Shown one piece after another: positions 37,435 through 50,500 of a stretch of 64,000 nucleotides of DNA. Positions within the stretch are counted from its first letter, which is position 1. Each line of letters starts with the position of its first letter. The position numbers and the translations under genes were made by a program. Where the stretch lies: NCBI GenBank assembly GCA_051362555.1, contig CM120641.1, forward strand, positions 8,928,001-8,992,000. The letters are read 5' to 3'. Under the pieces are notes generated by a model that saw only the letters and a program-made list of their open reading frames with translations, searched no databases and was not told the origin of the DNA. Source of the DNA: Lingula anatina (lineage: Eukaryota; Animalia; Brachiopoda).

Positions 37435-38428
37435 TACATTAACCACTTCTTTTCGAACTTATGTGAAGACAAGCAATAATTTTTCTTCAGTAAAATGCAA
37501 ACAAGCAATGTCCCCCCAAATAATATTATTTATCAACTCCTGATGAGCCTCGCCACTTGTCAACCACCTTGACTATATCGTTCACAACCTGAAAGCCAGA
37601 GCGTCTCGTTGGTCACCTGGTCATCTTTTCCTGGTCAATTTTAAGTGTATGCTGCAGCAACCAGATTGAATCTAAATGCCGCTATATATTATGAAGCATA
37701 CTTTTCAGTTTTGATGAAGATGATACTGGGGTATCTTTTTGGCTATCACACAATGGATGCATTATCGAAAATAACGCGATACCACACAGACACTGCGTGT
37801 GCAGGACAAAGGCGTCCAATTCAACAGGTAGTGGATGTTGTTATTTATCACTGGCGGTCTTTTTACACTGACCACATTGACTTTTTATTAATCGGATTCA
37901 TTCCAGACGACAAACGGGACATGTGGTCCATTTCAATACATGAAACACATATATCATATCATACCAATGGCAACTAGTAACAAAATTGTCTTTCTTGAAA
38001 GTCCAGTTATACAGAGACAGAACATTCATTGAAAATACGGTCATTTTTCATTTTAATGAAAATATTTTTCAAATCTAATCTAAAATCTTCCAAAAAATAA
38101 CTTCGTTATTCCCACTTGTTTTGGAATCCAGATTAGAACCACTTAGCAGACTGACAGACTACATTAAAAGCGATACCCAAATACTGAAATTACTGATGAA
38201 ACGGATTCAACCTTTTACCCTGTTCTGTTTTACACACAAAGTTTTGGTAATATATTTAACACATTATAATTACTACCGATTTTTAGAGATCTTGTCAGTT
38301 CATTGAATTCAAATAAAAATTTCTCTCAGAATTATTTCATTTTCACACCGAAATGTAATGTTCGGCACGACGCCCATTTAAACCTGCGCCAGTTCAAATT
38401 GAACGGGTGTTGTCGAATGCCTTTTTTC

Positions 38429-38950
38429 TCAGTGTGCACTGGCGTTATTCCATGGTCTTCCAGTATGTCTCTCGGCACTGGGACTCCTGGTTAAGTAAAC
38501 CTTTAACGAACACTTGTGAGGATGACGGCTCGATACATGTGAAAAAGACGCAGTATTGTTTCTCGGTGGACTGATATTACACGTTGAGGTGGCTACGCCC
38601 CTACATGTAGACAAATTAGAACTGGTTCTTCCACGATAGTAGGGTTGGTGAGCACCTGCATGTAACATAATCCTCGACCTCTCCTCTACGATGTGAGTAT
38701 CCGCCTTCAGACAAAGACACATCCGTAGAGCGTATTTGTATCCGTTTTTAAATTTGGTGTTCATCCAACAGTAAACAATTGGATTGACACACGAATTGCT
38801 CATTGCCAACCAGTGGCTCGCAATCCAGATCTTGCTGTAATGTTCGTAGTAAAATATGTCTGGGTGAAGGTCGCTCGCAAGAGTGATGGCGTGAAGCGGC
38901 AGCCAGCATATAGCATACAAGGATACTACAGTGATCATCATCTTTATCAT
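38429..38950 (-). CDS. Luqin/RYamide receptor-like paralog 2, coding exon 2 (TM6-TM7 and tail)
   Basis: ttgcag|ATG; CWLPLH, HWLAMSNSCVNPIVYCWMNTKF. Confidence 0.9.
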   Translation of the reverse strand: MIKMMITVVSLYAICWLPLHAITLASDLHPDIFYYEHYSKIWIASHWLAMSNSCVNPIVYCWMNTKFKNGYKYALRMCLCLKADTHIVEERSRIMLHAGAHQPYYRGRTSSNLSTCRGVATSTCNISPPRNNTASFSHVSSRHPHKCSLKVYLTRSPSAERHTGRPWNNASAH

Positions 38951-39103
38951 CTGCAAAATATTTTAAAAGAGGCATGTTCAAGTGCAAGGTCCGTGTATAA
39001 AAACAAGGCAAAAAAATGACAATCAGAATTAAGCTGCAAAACGTGTTTTGTAAATCTTTATCTGCAAAATATTTAAAGCTATACTCTTGTACAGGGTTTA
39101 TAC

Positions 39104-39104
<1 letters not shown>

Positions 39105-39153
<49 letters not shown>
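39105..39153. repeat. (AT)n microsatellite
   Basis: Direct reading. Confidence 0.95.
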
Positions 39154-39157
<4 letters not shown>

Positions 39158-40901
39158 GTATAAGCAAGGCTAAGAATACTAACAAGAAGATGACACCAGC
39201 ACAAAATCAATTCTTTATCCACGTCGCCTCAACATATCTTACCGTCCCGTAGGCCCACCATTTCTGAAAGATTTTAAAATCGCCCATATGTAGCCCATAT
39301 TTAGCGTTTGTGCATCGACAAACAAACAATAAAGTGTCTTTGCCTTTACAGTCCCAATGGAATGGTAGCGACTCTTGACTTAATAAGACTATTTCTTCCA
39401 CGCAGCTCATCTCTACCGCCAAATTATTTATTAATACTCTTAGTTTCCTGTGTAGCACGAAATTAACCTGACCCTAATGACAATGTGGTGTAAATTTGAA
39501 AGCCAATTAAAGTTCTAAAAGGCACGTCATTCAATATTCTGAGGGTAGTTAGGTATAGACACTATCCTTTTATCTTTATCTTGCTAGAAAAACGTGTATC
39601 TTCTCGGTCGGTTTAGCCAGGATTAATGGAAGTCAAAATTGGCAGCATAAATTGAAACTACATGTAACTTGTACACAAAAACACTTTAAAAAGTGTGAAA
39701 ATAGGAATGGAAACACATTGTTATATTCTAATAATAGAGAGAGAAAAAGAGAGAGGGAGATACAGTAGCGTTCTAAAAAGGCGAAATATTACATTTCTAC
39801 TTCAGCACACTTCTAGTAAATTCAGACCGTTACACCTCAAAAGCAATAATTGCAACTTTTTTTTTTGACTCATTTAAGACAGCTTTCTTACTTTTAACAA
39901 ACAGCTTAAGCCTGAAATGAGTAAACAAGTAAACTACTTATCACTAAGGTTAGATAAATTAAGAGGTTTAGCGAAAGAATAATATTTTCAGTTGACATTT
40001 CTATTTCTTCTTTGGTATACGTATTACGTTGCCGGCGGTACATTACGCTAGCTATACAACACGGCGGAAAATTCATAAAATGCCCACAGGGTTTACCACA
40101 GAGAACATATTGTGATGACCTCGGAGCTGGCTTTTGGAATTCTCTGAAAAACTTCCATATTAATTTCCGCTTTAACAAGAAGGATATGAATCTAATTGCT
40201 ATCCTCTTTTCCAATATCAAATGTAAACCCAAAGCATATCATGTGGAAGTGATGAAGGTTATGAAGATAACATAACTTTATACACAAAACTGTCGTTGCA
40301 GGTGGGTCTTTGTCAATTTCTTGGGCTAACATTAAGGGACAATTTTGATTCTGCGTATGTGGATATTAGTCTAATCCAACCCTAGATTAAGCCACGCTTT
40401 ATTCTAAATACAACCTGAGGAACAGGATTTTTATTCCTTACATTAAATTACTAGTCCAGTTAAATTAATTGACATCAAAGGCATCCATATCTGATCCCTG
40501 TATCAAATAGTTACCAGTTACCCCTGTCATAAATCTAGAAACTTCAACGTTCATAATTTGAGGAAATACCCACACTTGTTCAAGAGGATTCGATTCCCAA
40601 ATTTCAGAATGAGACTGCAAAGATGGACCTGGTTGAAAGCGACGGCAAATATCAGTTTCTGACATTTTTGTCTTTTCGTAAATTTCCAGACAATGATTGA
40701 TTCACCCATAGATAATGTGACATGCTGTACATGTATAATTGACTAGCTACATAAAACAGTTGTATATTTTGTTAAATATCAAACCCCTTTCCTTTATAAA
40801 TGCTTGAAATATGAAGCGTAATATATGCACATTGTTTTGTAAGATTTGGTCAAACGTTCAATGCATTTGATTACGAGCTCTATCTGTAAAGGCGATCTCA
40901 C

Positions 40902-41690
40902 CTTTCGTTTGGAGGCAGCCATTCGTTGGTCCCTACCATCTTCTGCCTCTCCCGGTGGCTTTTTAACCCAAGTCACAATGCCAATACATAAGTATGTGAA
41001 AGTAAGCACAAACAAAGGCAAAAAATACTGCAGAATCATTATACACAGTGTGTAGTGAAATTCCATGCTGCGCTTGTACCAGTCCTCGTAACAGCGACTG
41101 AATTCATCCAGGTGTGACATCACAGGTGTCGGCAAAGCTACAGCTAGGCACATGAACCATATCACACATATGATAAATATGGCTTGTTTTGTGGACAATC
41201 TTTGGCTAAGAGGAAAAATTATGGCCCGGAATCTATCAAGGCTAATGGCAACGAGTGTGAATGAACTGAGGAATACTGAAACTATCTGTATGTACAAAAC
41301 CACTGGGCACAGGAATGGACCAAAAGGCCAGTACTGTAGGAGAATGTTAGCAACGAAAGTCATTGGTATACAAAACACCGCCATTAGGATATCTCCTATA
41401 GCTAGATTAACTATGAAGTAATTAGTCACTGTGCGCATGCGCTGGTAGGCAATCACGACGTAACATACCAGTATGTTGCCCCCAATGGCAAGAACTATTA
41501 TAACCGCGTATAGAAGTATTAGAGTTACTTTTAAGTATGTCGGATGTTCAGCCGACAATAAGAAGTCCGATCCATTTTCGGAAGATCCATTTAGTCCAGT
41601 ATTATTAGCACCATCCATAGGCACAAAGCTAGTATTTCCATAAAGAGCAATGTGCCTTGAAGTTGGATATACGGTTCTTGCTGATTCCAT
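40902..41690 (-). CDS. Luqin/RYamide receptor-like paralog 2, coding exon 1 (TM1-TM5; total about 436 aa)
   Basis: N-glycosylation sites in the N-terminus, MRTVTNYFIVNLAIGD, WPFG, SLDRF, PPGEAEDGRDQRMAASKRK|GT (phase 0); upstream acceptor near 41797. Confidence 0.9.
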
Positions 41691-42699
41691 TCCGTCCTTA
41701 TGAACTTACACAAAGTTGAAAATCTTCCTGTTGTCAACCATCGGTATCTTCACAGATGAAAACCTACTGTTCGCTTGGTAGCAGACGGCTCCAACTCTGA
41801 AAAATCAAATAATATATCTTTTCAGCATATCAGATAATATTTACGTATTGCATACAACAGCTCGGGGATGGCCGTGGATACCGAATGCGTTTCAATTTCG
41901 AGTATTTCAAGAACATAATGTACGCTGCCATTCCATTAATTGATAAATCGTTGCATTAGTGCTATCATGACGTCTATGGTACAGACATTAGGACCTTATC
42001 AAGCAAAAGAAACGCCAATCCCCAACTGGGACCCTTGTCAGGCTTTCCCATTTAAAACGTGAAAGGCTGTTTTCAAGATGATTAACTTCGTGATTGGTAC
42101 AGGACAATTCTCGCGCTTCCGGAATTGCAAAGAAAATTTGATTTACATGAAATAAACCAGTCTTGGCACTGCCTCTGATCGTATTTATGCTGTGGAATAT
42201 CCACCTATTGAAATAAAAAATTGAAAGGTTTAGTTGTAAGTAGAACTACATAAAAGGATTCGAACACGTTTACAAGAATATCTATTGCAATTCACACTCC
42301 TGAAAGGAACACTTGATGTATTTTTGTACATGGAACTCGATTTTATTAATGAACGGTACTGTGAGAGTCATTTTGTTTCCAAAGACCCGAGAAAAGCTCT
42401 ATCTCTGTGTTTTCATACGAATACAGAGGGTGACTAAAGTATCACAACATTTGAATAAATACTGCTCTTTGAGACATTGGGGAGGGGGGGGGGACTTTGG
42501 TAAAATTTCCTTTGCAGTTTATCTGTCGCGGTAGGGTTTCTTCCATGTATACTGTAAAGGACGTCAACGAACGTGTAACGTCCCTTTCAAGTCGCTAACC
42601 ACTGTAAAGGTACGGAGCTCACAAACCAACAACGCCAAAAGGTTGTTTCTCAGGAAAAGGTGTGTGTTATATAGTGCCACTAGTTACATATAGGATGGA

Positions 42700-43230
42700 G
42701 GACACTGGTGGGTAGACGTCGAAACTGTGTCGTTTTGTGTTTTTTTGATGAGGGCATGTTGACAGTTAACAGCGCAGGTGGAGAGGTTGGAGCATGCAAA
42801 ACATCAGCATACTGCTTATCTGCCAAAGCAGATGGTTTTCTCCGCTTCAATAATGGTTTAAATTCAATAATGGTGCATCGCTATCTACGTTATTGGTGAA
42901 CTATTTTGCTGGTTAATGGAAACCTTATTCACATTGGAATCCAGAACCAATACCCAAGGAATCATCAGCTCCTTTTTCAGAATGATAATGCGACAAAAGA
43001 CAAGACCAGAGACGACCTAGAGTGGCTTCATTAGCAAGGTATCAGCAGGGTGGGCGTGTAATCCCAAGACGCCAACCCCACTGAAAACCTGTAGGGTCAC
43101 ATTGGAAGATGAGTGGCAGAGGGCCGACCCTTTACCAGTCTTACGAGCCTGTGCCAATAGAATAGATTACTACGCCTTCATAAGTCTATTACCAGAAGGA
43201 TGGTGGCCATTTTGAAACTTAGTGGCTATC
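42700..43230 (+). mobile_element. Degenerate Tc1 transposase fragment
   Basis: FFDE, QNDNA and SQDANPTENL remnants of DD34E motifs, with stops and frameshifts. Confidence 0.55.
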
Positions 43231-43646
43231 TTGCAAAATATAATTGATATTGACATGATAACATAATTCAATTTAAGGATAAAGCTCTGGTCTTTAAACC
43301 TGAAGTAAACTTATTGACATGATCGAAATTTAATAAAATACAAAATGAAAAACCCTACAAACTACCATTTCTCCTTAAGCAACATGATGCAATACATGTG
43401 TAACCCCCTGTAGATATAATACTGCATTCAACTAGTTTTACTTCACATAAACCGTTTACGTGTCAATACTGCATCACTTAATAGTCCGTGGTGCTTCTAC
43501 TAGCGTTTGTGAAGTGCACAACCAACGACATTCATAAACATTGGACACCCATTTGGATTTATGTGCACATGTACACATTTTCATGTGACATTATTGCAGT
43601 GACATAAATACCTACCATATCTAGTTCGTCTCGTTTCTCCATTATA

Positions 43647-45026
43647 CACACACTGGACAATAGAAGTGTCACCCCCTAACTCAGAGTAATAAAAGTAGGC
43701 AGATCTTGGGTAGTTATAATGCCTGGTCTACTTATAATGTGACTAATGAGTATAAAACCGCTATACCATGGAATTGTACTGTTGGTCTTGTACATGTACA
43801 GCAAATGTTATTCCTGTCTTCCTGCAATATGGCAAGATACAGGCAATTATCTAACGGTTATAGGTACAAGTTATTAACCTGAAGAGGCGGAATATAAGCA
43901 ATGTCAGAATATCGATACAATTGAATTGTTCAGTCAGAACCGTGCAGAGGGTCTGGTCTCGGTATAGAAACACTGGATCAAGAGACAGATTGCCTCTGAT
44001 GGGTCGTCCAAGAAAAACTACTGGCCGTGAAGACCGACGACTGATTTTGATGTCCAGGTTGTCAAAGTTCGACACTGCTTGTCAGTTGACAACACAGTGG
44101 AACAATTTCACACATAAGAATGTGTCTGTGAAAATTGCTAGGCGTCGGTTACATGCTCATAGAGTGTACAGCAGGGTAGCAAGACTGAAACCTCTTATAT
44201 CGTTACAAAACAGGCAACGTAGAGTGAACTAGGGTCAACAGGATCTGGAACTGGACAGTCCATGACAATTGGTCCTATATGTTTTTTTCTGATGAGTGTC
44301 GCTTTGGTCTGACCTCTGATGACAGACTGGTACGATGCTGGCGAACTGCTGGTAAAGCATTTGAACCACATGCACTGAATTTTCGAACCCGGAGCAGCAT
44401 ATTTATAATGGTGTGGGACTGCATCAGCATCCATGGCGTGGGCGAATTGATAGTGGTTGATGGAAACATGAATCACTAGAAATATATCGATGTTTTGGAG
44501 TCAGGTTGCTACCATCTATTACTAACACGTTTGGTGACAGGAATTATCCATTTGTTCACAGGATGACAATGCTCCTTGTCAGGGCAGTTGATGATTGGTT
44601 TGACCAACAGGGCATTCGCAGGGTCATGTGACCTGCCCAGAGTCCAGATGCAAACATAATAGAAAATGTGTGGAATGAAAATGTGTCAAAACTTTTGACA
44701 AATGCCCGTCCAACCAGCAGACAAACTCTGTTATATCCAATGTTTCATGCTTGGGCCAGCATAAGCCCTGAACGCATCAGACAATTATGTGAATCCTTGT
44801 CTCGTAGACTGGCACCTGTTATTAGGTCACGTGGCTATGCCACTAAGTACTAATTTTGGACTTGAAACTGCATATTTTGGTAGAATGTATATTTTGTTCT
44901 CATTTTGTGTTTTTTTGTGAAATTTGATGTTAATAAAATGATACCAGGAGCATATCATTCCACAGTCATTTATCTCCCCCATAGTATTGGTTAAGTAGGG
45001 GTGACACTTCTATTGTCCAGTGTGTG
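43647..45026 (+). mobile_element. Full-length Tc1 (DD34E) transposon with a decayed transposase
   Basis: Perfect 29-bp TIR CACACACTGGACAATAGAAGTGTCACCCC, TA TSD. Confidence 0.95.
43829..44853 (+). pseudogene. Tc1 transposase pseudogene
   Basis: GRPRKTT, FSDE, MVWDCIS, DDNAPC, SPDANIIENVW and GYATKY* split over several frames. Confidence 0.9.
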
Positions 45027-47329
45027 TACATGTAGCTGTTATTGCCTATTGTCTTGATGATTAAAAACGACTTAGTAAAGCCTTGCATTTCTTATGATAC
45101 AAAGTGTTGTAATATCTTTTTTGCAATAGCATTGTAGTTTTCTGTTGCTCAGTAGCAAATAACCCAATTATACCAAATGCCAAACCTGTTACTCTCTTAC
45201 GTGAAGGACTAGTAAGATTATAAGGCGAGGCACATGCATTTTTAAAAAACATTACACAAGCCCTGTTTGCGTATAGTTTCTCTATCCGTCCTTTCACGCG
45301 TGCGCCATTACCTCTGCCCCTGTGCCTTATTTACATGTAGTAATCAGTCGAAACTGATGCAATTTCAGCTGGTTAAGGAGTCTTTTCTAATTTTGAAATC
45401 AGGTTTGTTTCAGGCACAACTGATACATTTGCAGTAGTCAAGAATTGTTATTTTGGAAAGCTATTTATGTAATGCTATTTTATGAAATGTAAAACAGCAA
45501 ATGTTCAAATATCTCACCCCAATCTTCAAAGCTTTATAAAGCAGGGAATAACCCAATGAAATTAATGGAAAAATTTCTGTTTTTTTTCCTTCTCAGTAAA
45601 TTGTTCTATCTGTATTAATCTATATCTGTTGCCGAAGCCTTAATCCAGTTTAAGATCTGAAATTGACAACGGTATGTCTAGTGCTGCCTGGGCTGTTTAC
45701 TGGGAATATAATGTGTTAATGTGTAAACCCATATTTACAATTAAATGGTTTTGCCCTAACAAATCAACTATTCATTGATTTAAATGATAATCACATATTG
45801 CATGAATACACATAAATAATAGAAATGGGCTTACAATCTACGATGGACCATCATTCCTAAGAGGGATATTTGTTGTGAATGTCGTCCAAATTACATCAGT
45901 GATGGTTTACTTGCTTAATGGCATATAGATATCATCTTCGTCTCATGATCGTATTTGAAAGTAGATCGATCCTCATGATTCATCTACAAAACCTTCTGGT
46001 ACAATGGTTTTACCAAAACTACAGCATTTATCAAAGATACATACTTCGTTAAAACGATGATTCGGTACACATGTAACTAAATTTTGAAAATGTCGCGATT
46101 TTTGCCACATTTTCGATTTTATTGTCAATAGAAGCAATTTCAGCAAAATAGTCCTAGATATACTCTTTAATTTCTCTTGTGGTAGAAATTTATTTAAAAC
46201 AATCATATTTTGAAAAGAGCGCGATTATTGAAGACGAGTATTATTGCTTCAATTAGAGTTGCATAAAATGCGAGGATTACTGAGAATAATCAAGAGCTTC
46301 GATACATATATATATATATTTGGATAAAACACATTGCTCTGTTCAGAGTGATAGAAAAGCACTTGGTAAACGTAGACATAATGATCCGCTGTGTCTTTCG
46401 GGGTGCCGTTTATTATATTACGGCCGCAACATTCTTAAGAAACAGGCGGACCGCATCTCAAGGAATTGAATTTGTTTGACAGCAAAATATCTCTTCGACC
46501 GGCAAGATTGCATTATCAGGTGACTATTAAGAGTAATAGGACTATCACGGAATCATTTTATAGTCCTTTTAGAGAAAATGATATTAAGGTGACTGGTGCA
46601 GGTCTTAATTTAGAACTAGTGATACGGCGTATTTGTCATATTTCCCAACGATATGTGAAAAATAACTTCACTTTGTAAAGACAATTACTAATTAGACCAA
46701 AAGAAAAGCCCATATAAACCAGTTTAGTATATGTACTATTGTCTGATACCCCTACTTGCATTTTAAGGAGGGGGGGGGGAAGCACGAATTAAATTAATCT
46801 GAAATCGAATAAGAAATATTCTAGACCAACTATAGAGAATCTTCAGTGGCCCTACTATAAGTTAAAATGTGTGTGCTGTATATACCGTAGAAAGAAAGCT
46901 AATGTAGACGGAATCATTGCCACAAAACATTCTATTTAAGTACTACTGAATTTTGATCGTCGTTTCGATACCCCTCCCCCTTTATAATCTCTTATGTTTA
47001 CTCTCCCGTCCATGCTAGTAAAACATTTTAAATGATTTCTAAAACAGTACGTGAAGAAAAGTAAACTTTTGTTTCGGCCAGTGCTTCAAAATGCCCAAAA
47101 ATACACGTTTGTATTCATTAATGTATTCAGTGACGGAAAACCATACGCTTGAGTGATTTCGGACAATCTCATCTGAACACAAATCGGACAAAAGTCTTAC
47201 ATAATTTAGTTGTCCATAATCAATGCTAGTGGACGCTGGAATCGGATAACTGAGTTTCGGTGAGCGAATTCCATGGTGACATCATGCCACGGCTGTTTAA
47301 TCTGGAAAGGGGTCGTGCCATTGTCATAA

Positions 47330-47560
47330 CCATTGGCGCAGTGTTATGGTTTGGGCTGGTATAAAAGGCAATTTCCAGACAGGGCTCGTGATGATTGTGT
47401 CATTCATGTATCAACACCCAAACCTACGCTTTCTCTATCAGACAATGCCCGTCCATATATTACCAGGTTTTTAGCACATACGCACCTGCAGCAAGACTCT
47501 TCTTCTTCAGACCAGAAATGTCTCCCATTGAGCACACCCGGTGTAGAGAGTCTGAGGCTC
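47330..47560 (+). mobile_element. Tc1 transposase fragment
   Basis: DNARPY and RPEMSPIEH remnants. Confidence 0.5.
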
Positions 47561-50500
47561 CGTCTAACAGAAAGTCCGCCCTCCATGTAGTTATAATGGT
47601 AAGGGTTGGCCTGACCTAAGTGGGTCAAAATCTAGGGCGAGATTTACCTCTACAAATGAATGGGAAGCGGACTCTTTGTCATGGGGGACTCTCTGTCACG
47701 TTACACGGGATGAACTAAGCAGACGACTTAATAACCGCCAGTAACAGCCTACCACCGTCGTAAAGTTAACAACTGCACTGGTGCAAGAATGGAGAAGTAT
47801 GATCCATAGACATAACAAAACTTGCGTTTCTCTTTTTGGCTAGTATATAGCCTGGTACCTAGAGATAGATTCTACCCAGTCAAATGTCGTAGCAAATCAA
47901 TGCCTTCAAATTAAAGATGTACTCGGCGTCTGATGTAATTTTGCATATCCATTCCAACCCAAATTAAATCCGTTAACTTAACGTATCTTCTGAAATGCCA
48001 ACATCTACATACATGTTACGACATCAGCTAAGCGTGTTCCTTGACCTCAGATTTGAATAAAGGTTTGCGCCTCGGTTTCCCTGATGCAAAAGACTCATCA
48101 AAAAGAAAGTAATTGGCCGACCCCTTAAGCCCTTGTAGACTTGTGAAACAAGCAGTTCAGTTCTTATCTGATCACAAGCCTGTTCTTTAGCTCCCGGGAG
48201 CGCTGATCTGTGACCTGGACGACCTGCTTCAAAGCCACAAGGACCTTTCATTTGTAACCACGTCTTCTGTTGGAATAGATTTACAGAGAATATGTTGCAG
48301 TATGTTTCAAGACAAGAACATCTGCCTTGCTGCATAACATACACACAGCACGTATTTGTATTGGATCTGAGTTAACTTTGCTTTGCTCAAATGCTGCCAA
48401 TATCTTTTCTAATTAGTCTGACTTTCATTAGGTGTTAAGCAAACTGCCTGTTGTTTTTTTCTTCTTTTTTCTTTTTTCCTCTTTTTTTTACATACAACAC
48501 ACGATATTTTGATCTATACATTTATATTTAGATATAAACTTGCAATGTCCACAAACACCATGGGGGGAAGTGAATAGCAAGATGGCCTACAGATAATACA
48601 TAGAAAAAGTATCAGCTGTACGCCTATTATGTTACCTATTGCCACAGACGCCCACTGCAACGCTTTAATTTAATTCCATTGTCCAACACTTTTTACAATG
48701 TAATTCGCTTCCACTGAACTAAAACAGTGGGTATTTAGGTCACCATTACTCCTAATTACAATCTCATTCACTTATAATTGGTTTCAAGTGCCTTTACTCA
48801 CAGCCTATTATCTGTGGCGATAGCAACTTTGACATCAAGTGTCTTGTATCCAAACTGCCAATCTCTTATTATTTCGTAACATATACTGTAATTAGGACCG
48901 CCAATTGAACAGGAGTTCCTTTTTACATTACCATTTCTAGGTTGATTATGTGCACCATACGCTGCTTTCAGACACCGAACATAATGTGCGTCAGTCAGGT
49001 GGGAATGTGCTGTCGGGAATAGATGATGACTATATACGATTATATGGAATTGGGACTGCAGTATGTCCAAGTATCCATTAAGACTGCTAATGGTGAAATT
49101 GAGTTTGTTTTAGACCAGTGAAATGCTTTGCCATACATGTAGTTAATGATAATCATAAGATTAATCAACAAGCTTTAATTAAAATTGTTCAGACGCGCAA
49201 CAAAGGAACAGTCGGTAGACCTCTGTGCAATTATGTCCGTGGACGCACTGGCCTCTGTCCCAGCTCCTTCGTTCCCTCGTTACCCCTTTTTCCTTACAAG
49301 TTTTACCCATCCCCTAAGCAACGTAATGCGCTAAAAGTGCTGGGTCTGCATTAAGACTTTATTTGACCTTGAATCCTCATGATTTCGAAACTATTTGCAA
49401 ATTAATTGTTCTACCTCTGGTACTATATTCATGTTCTGAAACACTGTTATCCCTACACAGCAAGTATCGACTGGAGGGCTCTTCTGACAGAGTGCCCTAC
49501 AGGAGGTCGTATCCAGACTGAGCTAAATAAACATTAGTAAAATACTAGTGGTCACCACTGTCTGTTCACATCCATTAACAGGGCAGTGTTGCTAATTGTA
49601 ACTGGTGATTATAAGCAGCACGTACCAGAATGCAGCATCTTGGGTTGTGAGGCTGTAACAAAAAGACGTTTTGACCAGACAAAGATTATTGACAGGGCTT
49701 ATCGAGGATCTTTTTGTCGAGGATAGCAAGTCTTTAGGCCAAGTTTTACCTTTAACGCAATGCATACATTGACAGCCATTTTGTTTTTTGACAAAGATAC
49801 TCTTCTGTGGTCAAATTCCGATGGGAAATTACACTGCGTTTTATCTAGTCCGAAATGAATCAGATTCAGTTGAAAGGCATTTGCTAACCTTTTGCCAAAG
49901 TATGGTAGATATTTACTGGACCGTCGGTATTCGTCACATACACATGTATACACCCTTGCTAAAATGATGGAATATTTCAAAAGAATATGACATATACGAT
50001 TTCAATAAGTTCAAACTAAGACAAAATGTAACTTACAACATCCATAAACATCACCGAGCAAAACATTTTAAAGATTGGTTTTGACTGTTTGTTTTGTGAT
50101 GCATACCAAAAAGTCATATCACTAGCGCATATATTCATATCCAAGGCCTCTCTTGGTGATGCTCGTATTTATTTGTGCGGCAAACACATTCAAGCATGCA
50201 GAAAACATGTGCGTGCATCTGTTTAATTATTCTCCTCTCTCTGGGTTAATGCAACGTCTCCAGGGGCGATGGGCGCGATTTGTACAAGGATTATTTATCA
50301 AGAGCGACCACCTACATGTTTATCAATATGAGAAAAGAGGTTTTATTTGGCTTTGGAGGATTAGGAAGAATCGAAATTGAATCGAAACAACAACAACAAA
50401 CGTTAAACATTGAACTTGAATGGCATCTAAAGCGGCTGTTTGGGCAGGAAGCTCTTCGATTAAGGGAAGATAATTAGTCTAGTAGCTTCTTGAGAAGACA

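Noticed and set aside
38748-39252. ORFs with YIYIYI runs (and poly-I at 21740-21946)
   Set aside because: Translations of microsatellites
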